Shown here: piece after piece, positions 1 through 9,546 of the stretch
Layout: every line of letters begins with the position of its first letter
Position numbering within the stretch: position 1 is the stretch's first letter
DNA from: Nitrososphaerota archaeon
GTDB lineage: Archaea; Thermoproteota; Nitrososphaeria; Conexivisphaerales; DTJL01
DNA: 24,000 bases
Direction: 5' to 3'
NCBI GenBank assembly: GCA_021324115.1
Contig: JAJPJS010000022.1
Span: forward strand, 35,370 to 59,369
Program-made: the position numbers and the translations under genes
Notes under the pieces: model-generated
What the model was told of the DNA's origin: nothing
Databases searched by the model: none
The model's input: only the letters and a program-made list of their open reading frames with translations

Positions 1-1
1 T

Positions 2-1024
2 AACTTCGAGGGGACTATGGTAAGACACCTCTCATTCAGTGATGCGGGAGCAGTTCGGGCCTTCCTTGTCAAGGAGTCCCCGCGCGGGGTTTTTGTATCA
101 TCGGCAAAGTATGATTCTCCGTCTCTGCCGATGGAGGAGAAGGGCTTCATCTCGGCTAATCTGGTCTTTGATATTGATGCCGGAGATTTGGACCTTCCCT
201 GTCAGAGGGAGCACGACTTCTTTGTCTGCGAGACATGCGGGACGCCGAGCAAGTCTCAGATATCCACCTGCCCATCATGCGGGTCTTCAAAGATACAACT
301 TTTAAAATGGTCCTGCGATAAATGCATCAAGGGCTCTCTCAACGAAGCACTGAAACTGATAGACATACTCGAGTCCGACCTGGGGCTAACCGGCTCTTCC
401 ATATCACTTTACTTCTCTGGCAACAGAGGGCATCATGTACAGGTGGCGGATTCCGATTATGATGTTCTTGACCAACCTGCTAGAACCGAGCTGGTTGATT
501 ATCTCACGGGAAAGGGGTTCACCCCTAAGGTCCTGGGCTTCTCTCGCGACTGGTCGAACTTTGACGTTTCCAAACTTCCAGAGAAGGGTGAGCCTGGCTG
601 GAGGGGCAGGTTCGCGAGATTGATTTCAGGTGAGGGTCTGGATGCGAAGCAGGCTGTGGTTGCACTGTTCAACACCCAGAAGGACAGATTCCCCTCCACA
701 ATCCAGCAGATCGTGACGCCACTCGGCGTAAGGATCGATGGAGCGGTCACCACCGATATTCACAGAATATTCAGGATGGCTGGAACGCTGCATGATAAGA
801 GTGGTTTGCTGAAGAAGAAAATTCAAGACTATCAAGAGGATCCATTTGTGTCTGCTGTGGCGATCGACGCTTCACCGGTGAAGGTGAACGTGAACTTCGC
901 GCCGGAGTTCGTATTGAAGGGACAAAAGTTCGGACCGTTCAAGAGTGTCGAAGTGCGTTTGCCAGCGTACGCAGCGGTGTACCTTGAGTGCAAGGGATTG
1001 GCCAGGGTTGTTGAACAGAACTAG
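2..1024 (+). CDS. priS: Archaeal/eukaryotic-type DNA primase small subunit, 5' end truncated by window edge
   Basis: Protein has VFDID and FSGNRGHHVQV primase motifs and a CETC..CPSC zinc-binding region. The frame stays open upstream of ATG 17 (NFEGTMVRHLSF), so the listed ATG is probably internal. Confidence 0.93.
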   Translation, partial: NFEGTMVRHLSFSDAGAVRAFLVKESPRGVFVSSAKYDSPSLPMEEKGFISANLVFDIDAGDLDLPCQREHDFFVCETCGTPSKSQISTCPSCGSSKIQLLKWSCDKCIKGSLNEALKLIDILESDLGLTGSSISLYFSGNRGHHVQVADSDYDVLDQPARTELVDYLTGKGFTPKVLGFSRDWSNFDVSKLPEKGEPGWRGRFARLISGEGLDAKQAVVALFNTQKDRFPSTIQQIVTPLGVRIDGAVTTDIHRIFRMAGTLHDKSGLLKKKIQDYQEDPFVSAVAIDASPVKVNVNFAPEFVLKGQKFGPFKSVEVRLPAYAAVYLECKGLARVVEQN

Positions 1025-1113
1025 GAATATACTGACAGGGCTGCTGGATTTTGATCGATAAAAGGGGATAACTCATCTGTTAAAATTATCTCAAGGCAAC
1101 GTCCGAAGCCGAA

Positions 1114-1782
1114 GTGGAAACGAAGTATTCAAACCTGCTGTCGAAACAGTTGAGCCAGCTGGAAGCGCCAGGATTTAACGCTTTTATAGCGTTGGCCAGA
1201 TGCCAACCGCTGGTTATGAGCGAAGAACTCCTGTCCACACTGCAGAGAGAACTCGAAGAGGAGTTGATGACGGAGTCCATGGTTAAGCTGGACCCTGACC
1301 TGTACTCAGCAGTCGCCATCAGAATAAGGGAAATCAGGGAATCTATGGGGAACGGTGATTCCGCTTTTGTGAATAAGCTTCTCGAACGGGAAATTCAGCT
1401 GTTTACCTCCATGGCCGAAGACCTTCTTAAGGTCAGATTGCTGAAGTTTCTTGATAGAGCCATGAAGGGAGCCAATGAGATAAGCCTCACCCCGGAGGAA
1501 AGATACATGGTTGAACCGATGTACGACTCCGTCAAAAGGCTTCTGAGGATCAGGGAAGCGCTGTATGAAGGACACCCGTCGGTACTCGAGGAATCGTCAG
1601 ACAGTTACTCGGTCAAGTATATAGCGGTGAGGTTTTTGCAACATTCCCCGAAGATGGCAGGGATTGATTCCAAACAGTACGGACCTTACCGGAAAGAGGA
1701 CCTTGCGGTCATTCCGATCGATAATGCTAAACCCCTCCTGGAGCGTGGGGTCGTTGCAGAGGCTTGGGTGAGTCAGATTTGA
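1114..1782 (+). CDS. gins51: GINS complex subunit, Gins51/Gins15 type
   Basis: Helical N-terminal A-like domain, then C-terminal B-like domain (VRFLQHSPKMAGIDSKQYGPYRKEDLAVIPIDNAKPLLERGVV). Lies next to priS as in many archaea. GTG start. Confidence 0.85.
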   Translation: METKYSNLLSKQLSQLEAPGFNAFIALARCQPLVMSEELLSTLQRELEEELMTESMVKLDPDLYSAVAIRIREIRESMGNGDSAFVNKLLEREIQLFTSMAEDLLKVRLLKFLDRAMKGANEISLTPEERYMVEPMYDSVKRLLRIREALYEGHPSVLEESSDSYSVKYIAVRFLQHSPKMAGIDSKQYGPYRKEDLAVIPIDNAKPLLERGVVAEAWVSQI

Positions 1783-2060
1783 AGTATCCCAAAACAAGGA
1801 CGATGTATTGTCCCAAATGCAAGAAACACACTGAACATACGGTATCGCTTTACAAGAAAGGAAAGGAACGTGCCTTCGCAGAGGGCACAAGAAGGCATGC
1901 AGAAGAAAAGAAAGGATACGGTGGCCAGAAGTACGCGGAGCTGGTCAGAACCGCAAAGACCACCAAGAAGTCCACACTCATGTTGAAGTGCAAGGTTTGT
2001 GGTTTTGTGGTGGGTAAGAAAGGTATCAGGGTTCGCAAAGTGGAGCTTGTGGAGTCATGA
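1779..2060 (+). CDS. rpl44e: 50S ribosomal protein L44e
   Basis: MKYPKTRTMYCPKCKKHTEHTVSLYKKGKERAFAEGTRRHAEEKKGYGGQ matches the family. The likely start is TTG 1779 overlapping the gins51 stop, rather than GTG 1764. Confidence 0.97.
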   Translation: MKYPKTRTMYCPKCKKHTEHTVSLYKKGKERAFAEGTRRHAEEKKGYGGQKYAELVRTAKTTKKSTLMLKCKVCGFVVGKKGIRVRKVELVES

Positions 2061-2133
2061 GGGAAGATTGGATAACCGGAAAAAACATTTTTGATAGCTA
2101 CTGCGTTGCTGATTGCTTGGGGTGTAGTGGTGC

Positions 2134-2334
2134 ATGGTGAGAAAGGAAAGGGTGCTGTACCCCCGTCCCAAATCCATGTTTCTACTTGTAAGATGCCCCT
2201 CCTGCAAGACTGAAAGGGTGGTTTATTCTCATGCCACCGTACCCACCAAATGTGATTCCTGCGGTGAAATCTTAACCGAGCCATCCGGTGGCAGGGCTAT
2301 GATACGGGCCGAGATAATTAAGAAGATGGATTGA
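2134..2334 (+). CDS. rps27e: 30S ribosomal protein S27e
   Basis: C-x2-C...C-x2-C zinc ribbon (VRCPSCKTERVVYSHATVPTKCDSCGEIL) typical of S27e. Confidence 0.96.
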   Translation: MVRKERVLYPRPKSMFLLVRCPSCKTERVVYSHATVPTKCDSCGEILTEPSGGRAMIRAEIIKKMD

Positions 2335-3110
2335 TGCCATTGTCGGTGGAACTTCCAGATGCCGGAGAGATTGTATTCGCCACCGTGAGCCAGATCACCC
2401 AGTTCGGCGCATACGTATCATTGGATGAGTACAACAACATGAGGGGTTTTCTGCACATATCGGAAGTATCCACAGGCTGGGTCAGAAACATAGACAGGTA
2501 CATAAAGCCAGGACAGAAGGTTGTTCTCAAAGTTGTAAGGGTTAACCCTGAAAGAAACGAGGTAGACCTTTCCCTCAGGCAGGTAACTAACGAAGAAAAG
2601 AAGGCGAAACTGATCCAGGTCAAGAGGGAATCAAAGGCAAGAGGAATACTGGATGTTGTCAAGAAGACGCTGGGAATAAGGGACGACGCCGATATAAGAT
2701 CCAAATTCGCTGAGGAGTATGGCTCTCTCTACGATGCACTCGAGGCGATAGCTAAAAAGCCAAGCGAAGCAGATAAACTGGGGCTTGACAAAAAGTATGA
2801 GGAAACCCTGCTAGAGGTTCTGGGGGAGAGGTTCAAGCTTCCCACAGTTGAAGTGAAGGGGATGTTCGAGATGACGTCCCCGAAACCTGATGGGGTCGAA
2901 GTGATCAGGAATTCCTTTCTCGCGGCCATCAAGCAGATGCCTGATGATGTAAAGGTGGACGTAACGTACGGAGGAGCGCCAAGATACTATGTCAGGTTGA
3001 AGGCTGATAACTTCAAGGTTGCGGAAAAGCAGCTGAGGAATCTGGTTGAAACAGTGACAAAACAGGCCGGGAAGAGCGCCGGGGTAAATTTCATAAGAGA
3101 AAAGAGCTGA
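2331..3110 (+). CDS. eif2a: Translation initiation factor aIF2 alpha subunit
   Basis: N-terminal S1 domain (GEIVFATVSQITQFGAYVSLDEYNNMRGFLHISEVSTGWVRNI) and the position after rps27e are typical. Confidence 0.96.
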   Translation: MMPLSVELPDAGEIVFATVSQITQFGAYVSLDEYNNMRGFLHISEVSTGWVRNIDRYIKPGQKVVLKVVRVNPERNEVDLSLRQVTNEEKKAKLIQVKRESKARGILDVVKKTLGIRDDADIRSKFAEEYGSLYDALEAIAKKPSEADKLGLDKKYEETLLEVLGERFKLPTVEVKGMFEMTSPKPDGVEVIRNSFLAAIKQMPDDVKVDVTYGGAPRYYVRLKADNFKVAEKQLRNLVETVTKQAGKSAGVNFIREKS

Positions 3111-3145
3111 GTTTTTCTTTCTGTGCTTAGGTTGAGTGCTTGTAC

Positions 3146-3295
3146 ATGCGCTGGCTTATGAGACGCTGCCCGAAGTGTTGGCGTTATACGTTTGCTTCAG
3201 AGTGCCCCGTCGATGGAAGTAAAACTGTACTGCCTCATCCACCCAGGTTTTCTCCCGATGACAAGTACCTAGAACTCAGGTCCCGGCAGAAGTAG
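3146..3295 (+). CDS. nop10: H/ACA RNP / ribosome biogenesis protein Nop10, below the ORF-track size cutoff
   Basis: Translation from ATG 3158: [49 protein letters not shown]...C and [12 protein letters not shown] are Nop10 signatures. An in-frame ATG also exists at 3146. Follows aIF2-alpha as in many archaea. Confidence 0.93.
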   Translation: MRWLMRRCPKCWRYTFASECPVDGSKTVLPHPPRFSPDDKYLELRSRQK

Positions 3296-5495
3296 AGCTG
3301 CTGTTAGTGCTGGAGACGTTCGAAACGGGTGCCGGATTGTACTTATAAATGAAAACCTGGGCTATGAAGCCCTGGCTATCGGGCGTGCCCGATGACTGGT
3401 AAACGAGTTCGAATGGGTGGGACCCAGGAGGGAAGTTCTGCGAGAGGGTGTAAATCGGCAATTCGATGTAAGTCGATGCCGCGGTGGGGTCATAGTTTGG
3501 TATGATATTCACAACCTGCTGAGTTGATGGGTTGATTTCTGCGTACCCCTGAGGTGAAAGGGGAAACATTCTCCCCAGTGTGGTGTTGGTGAAGAATGAA
3601 TTTGTCGGCATCAGGTTGTAAGGGTTGAGGAGGCCCTCGGAAGTAAGGTTGATCCTGGCGATGGTTGCCATCGCGTCGAATTTACCATCATCACCCCCAA
3701 CGGAGTAGACTCTGCCTAACGTATAGTACCCACCAAATCCGAGCTGACGGAGCGTAAGGAACACGACGACGTAGTTTCCTCCCATGTCTGATACAAGTTT
3801 CGATGCGGTGGTGACATTGGAAAGGAACATGGTTGCCACCTCCGCCATCCTGGTACTGTTGAGGGTGCCGTTGTCGATGAAGGTGGTCCGGTTACCCATT
3901 ACGGAGATCCAGTAACCGTAATCCCACCACGAAATTATCTTTGCGTTCTGTGGAGTGTTCTGGCTGATCCAGGTCAGGGCCTGGAGCCAGTCCGGAATGT
4001 AACTTGTGGTGAGGGCGGTCCCGGCAGTCGTTATGGCATATCCTTTGTTTGCAAATGGGAACCAGACGTATGCGGAGGAAAGCACGATCAGCACGATCAT
4101 TATCATGGCGTAGAACCCCTTTGTCAGATTTACCGAGCTGTTGCTGCTGCTTTTGTTCTTCGGGTCAGTAAGAGAAAATATGCGGCCGCTCAGTTCACCC
4201 AAAGCCACTGCCCCTACAAGGGCTATGGACACAGAAACGAACACCTGGAGCCTTGCAAACGAAGAAGCGACATAGAGCGCCGAGAGGAAGAATATAGCGA
4301 CGGCTATGGAGTATGGCTTCTTCCTTCGGAGGAGGAAATATCCCCCCAGAGGTGCCAGGAATATGAAAATTGTATAGTAGTCCAGCATCTGTGCACCAGT
4401 TGTGGGCTGCTGCTCCGCGACGGTCTGCACGGCAGGAGTTATCGACCTTGCAAACGGGTCAATTGCAGTCAGGTATCTTGAAGTTATATTCTTGAAGGGA
4501 CCGAAAAACACGGCGATCGCGCCCAGTCCTGCCATGCCGGCAGTGGCCAGCCACTTACCGAGTATCTTGTTCCTGTCCGGGAGGTTCTTTGCCACAGCAG
4601 TCACGACGAGCCCACCGAATGCGCCCAGGTACATAACGAACATGGATGGATTCGTGAGGTAACCAAGCCCCGGATTGGCGAAGGCCAGGCCTATGGACAG
4701 GTCAACCACCGTTGCAATTATCGCATTGTACGCCTTATTGTAGTCGGCTGAGAGAAGGAGAGGTACTGCGAAAAATGACACGCCTATGATTCCATTGAAG
4801 TACTCGCCACCTCCCCAATCCACGTTTGAATATCCGAGAAACAGACCGGCCAGCATCGCCCACATCAGCGATTTGCGTCTGTCGTGGGAATCGTACGATT
4901 CCATTATGAAATACAGTGCAAAGACACCAACAAGCATGGAGAGTGGTTCATGCTTGTACCAACCCAGGTCCGCCCTTGATATGAATCCCGGTGTAATAAC
5001 GGCAACCATCGCTGCGATTATTCCGGCCGAATTGCCGTAGATCTTCCTTCCTATGAGGAAAACAGGCACGATCATGAGTGTGGAGAGATAGGCCTGCTGA
5101 ATTATGACATAATCGTAAAGGCTTATCCCCACTCCAAGCACCCTTGTGAAGAATTCGTAGAGCAGAGCCGATGTATAGTAGAATCCTGAGTAGGTCGTGG
5201 TCGCAAGGTTGTACCCTATCGGGTACCAGGCCTGATAGTCGATCACCTTGTAGAAATCAAACAGACCTGCAAGACCCTTTGTATTGAGGTCGTTCACAAT
5301 TACGGAAGTTGCATAGTAGTGAAAGTATGGGTCAAATTCATCCAGGTAATATCCATAAAGGCCCATCTGGAGCCTGAACATCATACCCAGCGCGAACGCG
5401 ATGGCCAGCCCAAGGAAAGTCGCAGCTCTGCTCGGGCTTACAGTGGGTCTATGCACAAACGACCTAAGACGGCTGATAATCCCGAGGTTCGCCAA
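3276..5495 (-). CDS. aglB: Oligosaccharyltransferase AglB/STT3 family, catalytic membrane subunit
   Basis: Many transmembrane segments, [11 protein letters not shown] near the N-terminus and the conserved WWDYGYWI motif. Confidence 0.93.
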   Translation of the reverse strand: MANLGIISRLRSFVHRPTVSPSRAATFLGLAIAFALGMMFRLQMGLYGYYLDEFDPYFHYYATSVIVNDLNTKGLAGLFDFYKVIDYQAWYPIGYNLATTTYSGFYYTSALLYEFFTRVLGVGISLYDYVIIQQAYLSTLMIVPVFLIGRKIYGNSAGIIAAMVAVITPGFISRADLGWYKHEPLSMLVGVFALYFIMESYDSHDRRKSLMWAMLAGLFLGYSNVDWGGGEYFNGIIGVSFFAVPLLLSADYNKAYNAIIATVVDLSIGLAFANPGLGYLTNPSMFVMYLGAFGGLVVTAVAKNLPDRNKILGKWLATAGMAGLGAIAVFFGPFKNITSRYLTAIDPFARSITPAVQTVAEQQPTTGAQMLDYYTIFIFLAPLGGYFLLRRKKPYSIAVAIFFLSALYVASSFARLQVFVSVSIALVGAVALGELSGRIFSLTDPKNKSSSNSSVNLTKGFYAMIMIVLIVLSSAYVWFPFANKGYAITTAGTALTTSYIPDWLQALTWISQNTPQNAKIISWWDYGYWISVMGNRTTFIDNGTLNSTRMAEVATMFLSNVTTASKLVSDMGGNYVVVFLTLRQLGFGGYYTLGRVYSVGGDDGKFDAMATIARINLTSEGLLNPYNLMPTNSFFTNTTLGRMFPLSPQGYAEINPSTQQVVNIIPNYDPTAASTYIELPIYTLSQNFPPGSHPFELVYQSSGTPDSQGFIAQVFIYKYNPAPVSNVSSTNSSSTSAGT

Positions 5496-5540
5496 CGACC
5501 GTCGCCACCCTGCAAAAGCAACCGTATAATAACTGTAGCT

Positions 5541-5948
5541 TTATCCGAGCAGCCCCTTTAAATATTCCGCATACCCCTTTGCATCGAGCAGGTTGCCTTT
5601 CTCAGATTCCAGGTTCGAGGGACTGATTTCAAAGAACCAACCATCCCCATAGGGGGACTGGTTTACCTTTTCCGGGTGTGTCGAAAGCGTTTCGTTGACT
5701 CTGATAACCCGGCCGGACAGAGGCGATGTCACATCCGCAGAGGACTTCACAGACTCAACACTGCAAACCCTGGAACCCTGTTTCTGTTCACTTCCCTGTG
5801 GTGGCAGTTCGACAAACACGATATCGTGTAGCTGGTCCGCCGCATAGTCTGTGATACCAACCACTGTGGAGTTCGCGCCTACCCTTGCCCACTCATGCTC
5901 CTTTGTGTACAGAAGGTCGTCCGGAATATCATACTTATCTAACTTCAA
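5541..5948 (-). CDS. gcvH: Glycine cleavage system H protein
   Basis: YTKEHEWARV and the lipoyl-lysine region SVKSSADVTSPLSGRVIRVN. Confidence 0.95.
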   Translation of the reverse strand: MKLDKYDIPDDLLYTKEHEWARVGANSTVVGITDYAADQLHDIVFVELPPQGSEQKQGSRVCSVESVKSSADVTSPLSGRVIRVNETLSTHPEKVNQSPYGDGWFFEISPSNLESEKGNLLDAKGYAEYLKGLLG

Positions 5949-7059
5949 CCCTGTTCTTCCTCCTGAAACCGTATAAATCCTGGTCGTAGAATGGCATCTT
6001 GCTGAGCTCTGCCCTGCACCTTGTCCCCCTTATCTCGATTTCCCAGGTATCCCCTACGGCGCCGGCCTCGACAAGCGCCATGCATATGCCTGTTTTGAGC
6101 GTAGGCGAGTATGTGCCACTCGTGACATAGCCGACTACCCTTCCTCCATTCAATACCGGGTTGTGTGCCCTGGGTATAAGACGCTCCCTGCATACCAGTC
6201 CCACGAGCATCCTCGCCGTGCCGGCAGCCTGTTTTTCATGCACGGGTCTGCCTATGTAGTCCTGCTTTGAAAGGTCGACGAATCTTGAGAGCCCAGCTTC
6301 GAAGGGGCTGATTTCCTCCGTTATGTCATTTCCGTGAAGAGCCAAGCCTGCCTCGAGCCTGAGGGTATCCCTTGCCCCAAGGCCGGCCTCAAGACCACCT
6401 TCCTGATACAGCCTCTTCTTCAGCGTTTCCCACAGAGTCAAGCCGTCCCTGGGTTCCTGTTTTGTTATTCCCTCCACGAGTATCTCAAAACCATCCTCGC
6501 CCGTGTAGCCGGTTCTTGCGATCAAACTCCCGTGGCCAGAATATTCCCTGCGGGCAAATCTGAAGCGCTTTATTTCTGAAACGCCAAAATCATAAAGTAT
6601 TTTGCCAGCTGCCGGTCCCTGGACGGCGACCAGTATCGACTCATCCGTTATGTCCGATATCGAGACATCCTTTCCTTCTGACCAGCGATTCAACCACTGG
6701 AAGTCCTTGGCCCGGTTGGAGCAGTTCACCACCATGTAAAAATCGCCTTCGCCGACCTTGTAGGTGATAAGGTCATCGATTACGCCGCCACTCTCGTTGC
6801 ACATGAAGCCGTAGACCGCCCTGCCCGGTTCTGCCCTGGCCACATCCACAGTAAGTACGTGGTTCAGGAAAGACTCCGCATCCTTCCCCACTATTCTGAA
6901 CCTGCCCATGTGGGAGACATCGAACATTCCAACGCTTCCTCTTACAGCGAGAACCTCCTCGATGATACCAGTGAAGAAAAGGGGCATCGTGTATCCGCTG
7001 AATTCCGTCAGTCTTGCGACGTTCTTGTAGGCTGGAAACAGCTGGGTTACCTGTGTCAT
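5935..7059 (-). CDS. gcvT: Glycine cleavage system T protein (aminomethyltransferase)
   Basis: MPLFFTGIIEEVLAVRGSVGMFDVSHMG and LRLEAGLALHGNDI are GcvT-typical. Overlaps gcvH by 14 bp in the same direction. Confidence 0.95.
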   Translation of the reverse strand: MTQVTQLFPAYKNVARLTEFSGYTMPLFFTGIIEEVLAVRGSVGMFDVSHMGRFRIVGKDAESFLNHVLTVDVARAEPGRAVYGFMCNESGGVIDDLITYKVGEGDFYMVVNCSNRAKDFQWLNRWSEGKDVSISDITDESILVAVQGPAAGKILYDFGVSEIKRFRFARREYSGHGSLIARTGYTGEDGFEILVEGITKQEPRDGLTLWETLKKRLYQEGGLEAGLGARDTLRLEAGLALHGNDITEEISPFEAGLSRFVDLSKQDYIGRPVHEKQAAGTARMLVGLVCRERLIPRAHNPVLNGGRVVGYVTSGTYSPTLKTGICMALVEAGAVGDTWEIEIRGTRCRAELSKMPFYDQDLYGFRRKNRVEVR

Positions 7060-7112
7060 AGGTGAAGTATCGGGAGGTTATGATATAAAGCTGATTTTGC
7101 GCAACCCAGTCG

Positions 7113-7886
7113 ATGGAGCTGATCCCGGTAAGGTCGAAGGTGAAGAAGGGAAGGTTCTCAGTACTCAGAGAAATGGAAAGAATGTTAAAGCGGGCAGATG
7201 TGCAACTAATTCAGGACGACATCCTAGCTGTATCTGGGAAATTTCTCGCGATGGCAGAAGGCAGGGTCGTGAAGCTGAGCAGTGTTGTACCACTCAGGGA
7301 TGCGGTGGAGATGGCACGAAAATACTCCATGTCGCCCCAGATGGCGGAGGTTGTTCTCAGGGAATCAAGTGTTGTGCTGAAGGGGATGAATGGTTTTCTC
7401 CTGACGGTGAAGGATGGTGCCTTCTCACCCAATGCTGGGGTTGACAGGTCGAACATAGGTCACGGAATGGTGATTCTGCATCCATCCTTTCCCTCGGAGC
7501 AGGCCAGAAAGATAAGGGATTGGGGGTTTATCCGGTACGGAAAAAGAATAGGTGTTCTGGTGACCGATTCAAGACTTCAACCCTTGCGCAGAGGTACGGT
7601 CGGGATTGCGATAGGCGCGTCAGGAATTCCATCCACACTCGATGACAGGGGAAAGAAGGACCTTTTCGGTAACCTGATGAAGGTTACAAGAAGGGCTGTG
7701 GTGGATGACCTCGCTTCAGCGGCACAGCTACTGATGGGAGAAACGACGGAGGCGACTCCCGTAGTTGTGATAAGGGGTCATGGGTTACCGATAAGGGAGG
7801 ACTTTGATGGCCTGGACATATCGATCCCGTTGTCTGAATGCATTTACGTCAGGGGGCTCAGTGGATACCTGCAAGACGATTCTTGA
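7113..7886 (+). CDS. cofE: Coenzyme F420-0:L-glutamate ligase
   Basis: Length and the motifs NAGVDRSNI and GVLVTDSRLQPLRRGTVGIAIGASGI match CofE. Confidence 0.85.
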   Translation: MELIPVRSKVKKGRFSVLREMERMLKRADVQLIQDDILAVSGKFLAMAEGRVVKLSSVVPLRDAVEMARKYSMSPQMAEVVLRESSVVLKGMNGFLLTVKDGAFSPNAGVDRSNIGHGMVILHPSFPSEQARKIRDWGFIRYGKRIGVLVTDSRLQPLRRGTVGIAIGASGIPSTLDDRGKKDLFGNLMKVTRRAVVDDLASAAQLLMGETTEATPVVVIRGHGLPIREDFDGLDISIPLSECIYVRGLSGYLQDDS

Positions 7887-8631
7887 AGCCCTCTGCGTCT
7901 CTGTACATCTGGATTCCGTGAAAGGCGAGGTATGCCTTTTGCGGACTGGCCTTCTTCAGTCCCGTCTCTATTGATTCGTACTCAGACTCCCCGAATCCGG
8001 TCCTGCTGTATCTGTCTGTCCCAAACAGCCTTGAGTACAGCTTTTCATGCCTGTACCCGGGCAATCCCCTAGTGAGGTCCACCGAATGAAGAATGCCCAG
8101 CTCCTCCATGCACGAAATTGTGTCCTCCTCGAGTGGATTCCTGGTTTCAAGGACAACGGTGATGTTTTCGTCTTTAAATTGGGACCATATTTCTCTGGCG
8201 CCGGTGAGTATGGACCTGTTAACCATGAGAGAGGCAGAAGTCTGGAATACGATGCAGCCGGCTTCCAGTATCTTGCACACCCTCACCATATAATTTACCT
8301 CGGCCATTGCTTCGGGTGACGGATGAAGCATGTTTTCGTGAGTGACCGCCCTGTTGCACTTAACCGAAAATTCGAAATCCTGGCTCACCCTCTTTTTCCA
8401 CGACTCAACGAGACGAAAGGAGGGGTTGGAATAGAATGTGCTGTTCACCTCCACAAAGTTGAATCTTTTGGAGTATGAACTTAGCCTGTCACCCGTTACA
8501 TTCAGATACTGCCAGCCCCCGGTACCGATCCTGAGGTCCAATGATCTTATGAGCAACAGGAGATGTTGATACCCCTTTCGGCTGTTCGATACTCCGATCA
8601 AAATTGGCAGGTAACCCAAGTACGCTTTCAT
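7858..8631 (-). CDS. DUF72 (YecE-like) family protein
   Basis: LDLRIGTGGWQYL...FVEVNSTFYSNPSFRLVESWKKRVSQDFEFSVKCN is the DUF72 pattern. Confidence 0.88.
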   Translation of the reverse strand: MKAYLGYLPILIGVSNSRKGYQHLLLLIRSLDLRIGTGGWQYLNVTGDRLSSYSKRFNFVEVNSTFYSNPSFRLVESWKKRVSQDFEFSVKCNRAVTHENMLHPSPEAMAEVNYMVRVCKILEAGCIVFQTSASLMVNRSILTGAREIWSQFKDENITVVLETRNPLEEDTISCMEELGILHSVDLTRGLPGYRHEKLYSRLFGTDRYSRTGFGESEYESIETGLKKASPQKAYLAFHGIQMYRDAEGFKNRLAGIH

Positions 8632-8678
8632 CGAAAATCTAAACCGTTAAAGGTGCGGGTTTCATGACGTGTCTATAG

Positions 8679-9506
8679 TTGAAGTACGTTAAGCTGATGA
8701 TGGGCACAAGTGGATGGAGCTATGATGAATGGGTCGGGCCATTCTATCCATCAAAGGAAACTCCAAAGCTGACCTACTACTCGGGAGTATTCAACACGGT
8801 GGAGGTGGACAGCAGCTTCTACGCTATGCCAAATCCAAAGGTTGTATTTGGTTGGGTAAAGCATACGCCCACGAACTTCAAATTCAGTCTGAAGCTTCCC
8901 AAAACTATCACCCATGATATGAAGCTGGTGGGGGATGGTGTCGAAGTGGAGCTCAGAAAATTTTTTGAAGTGGTTTCACCGCTTGTCTCTGCAAATAAAA
9001 TAGGAGTCGTTCTTGCGCAGCTTCCACCCAGCCTCAAACAGGACCTCGATCTTTTGGAAAGGTTCCTGAACCTGCTCCCGAAGGAAGGGGTCAGATTTGC
9101 GATTGAATTTAGACACCTATCCTGGTGGAACAGAGATACTTGGCGGGTGTTGAAGAAGGCGAATGTTGCGAACACTATAGTGGATGAACCCCTGCTGCCG
9201 CCCGAGCTCGTGGTTACTGCTCCTTTTGCTTATGTCAGGTGGCATGGGAGGGGGGAAAGGGTCTGGTACGACTACAGGTACTCCGAGAATGAAATTCGAA
9301 CCTGGGCAAAACAGCTCGGGAAAATCCGGTCAAGTGAGGTCTACGGGTACTGGAACAACCATTTCCATGCGAATGCGGTTATGAACTGCCTTGAGATGCT
9401 GGAAGCGGTGGGCGCGATAGGTCCCCACCAGAAGGATGTGCTACAGTCAATAAAACAAAACATGCGGCCCCGTAAGACCTTGTTTGATTTTCAGGGTTCA
9501 TCCTAG
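8679..9506 (+). CDS. DUF72 (YecE-like) family protein, second paralog
   Basis: MMGTSGWSYDEWVGPFYPSKET...FNTVEVDSSFYAMPNPKVVFGWVKHTPTNFKFSLKLPK is the DUF72 pattern. TTG start. Confidence 0.92.
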   Translation: MKYVKLMMGTSGWSYDEWVGPFYPSKETPKLTYYSGVFNTVEVDSSFYAMPNPKVVFGWVKHTPTNFKFSLKLPKTITHDMKLVGDGVEVELRKFFEVVSPLVSANKIGVVLAQLPPSLKQDLDLLERFLNLLPKEGVRFAIEFRHLSWWNRDTWRVLKKANVANTIVDEPLLPPELVVTAPFAYVRWHGRGERVWYDYRYSENEIRTWAKQLGKIRSSEVYGYWNNHFHANAVMNCLEMLEAVGAIGPHQKDVLQSIKQNMRPRKTLFDFQGSS

Positions 9507-9546
9507 TTAATAAGCCACTTTATTCCCGGAGGCTGTCGCGAAGTCC

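Noticed and set aside
39-835. Antisense and alternate-frame ORFs over priS
   Set aside because: No recognisable domains; shadow ORFs of a well-supported gene in moderately GC-rich DNA.
7097-7444. ORF of 115 aa overlapping the cofE start
   Set aside because: Out-of-frame with cofE and low-complexity G/C-rich composition; cofE is clearly the real gene.
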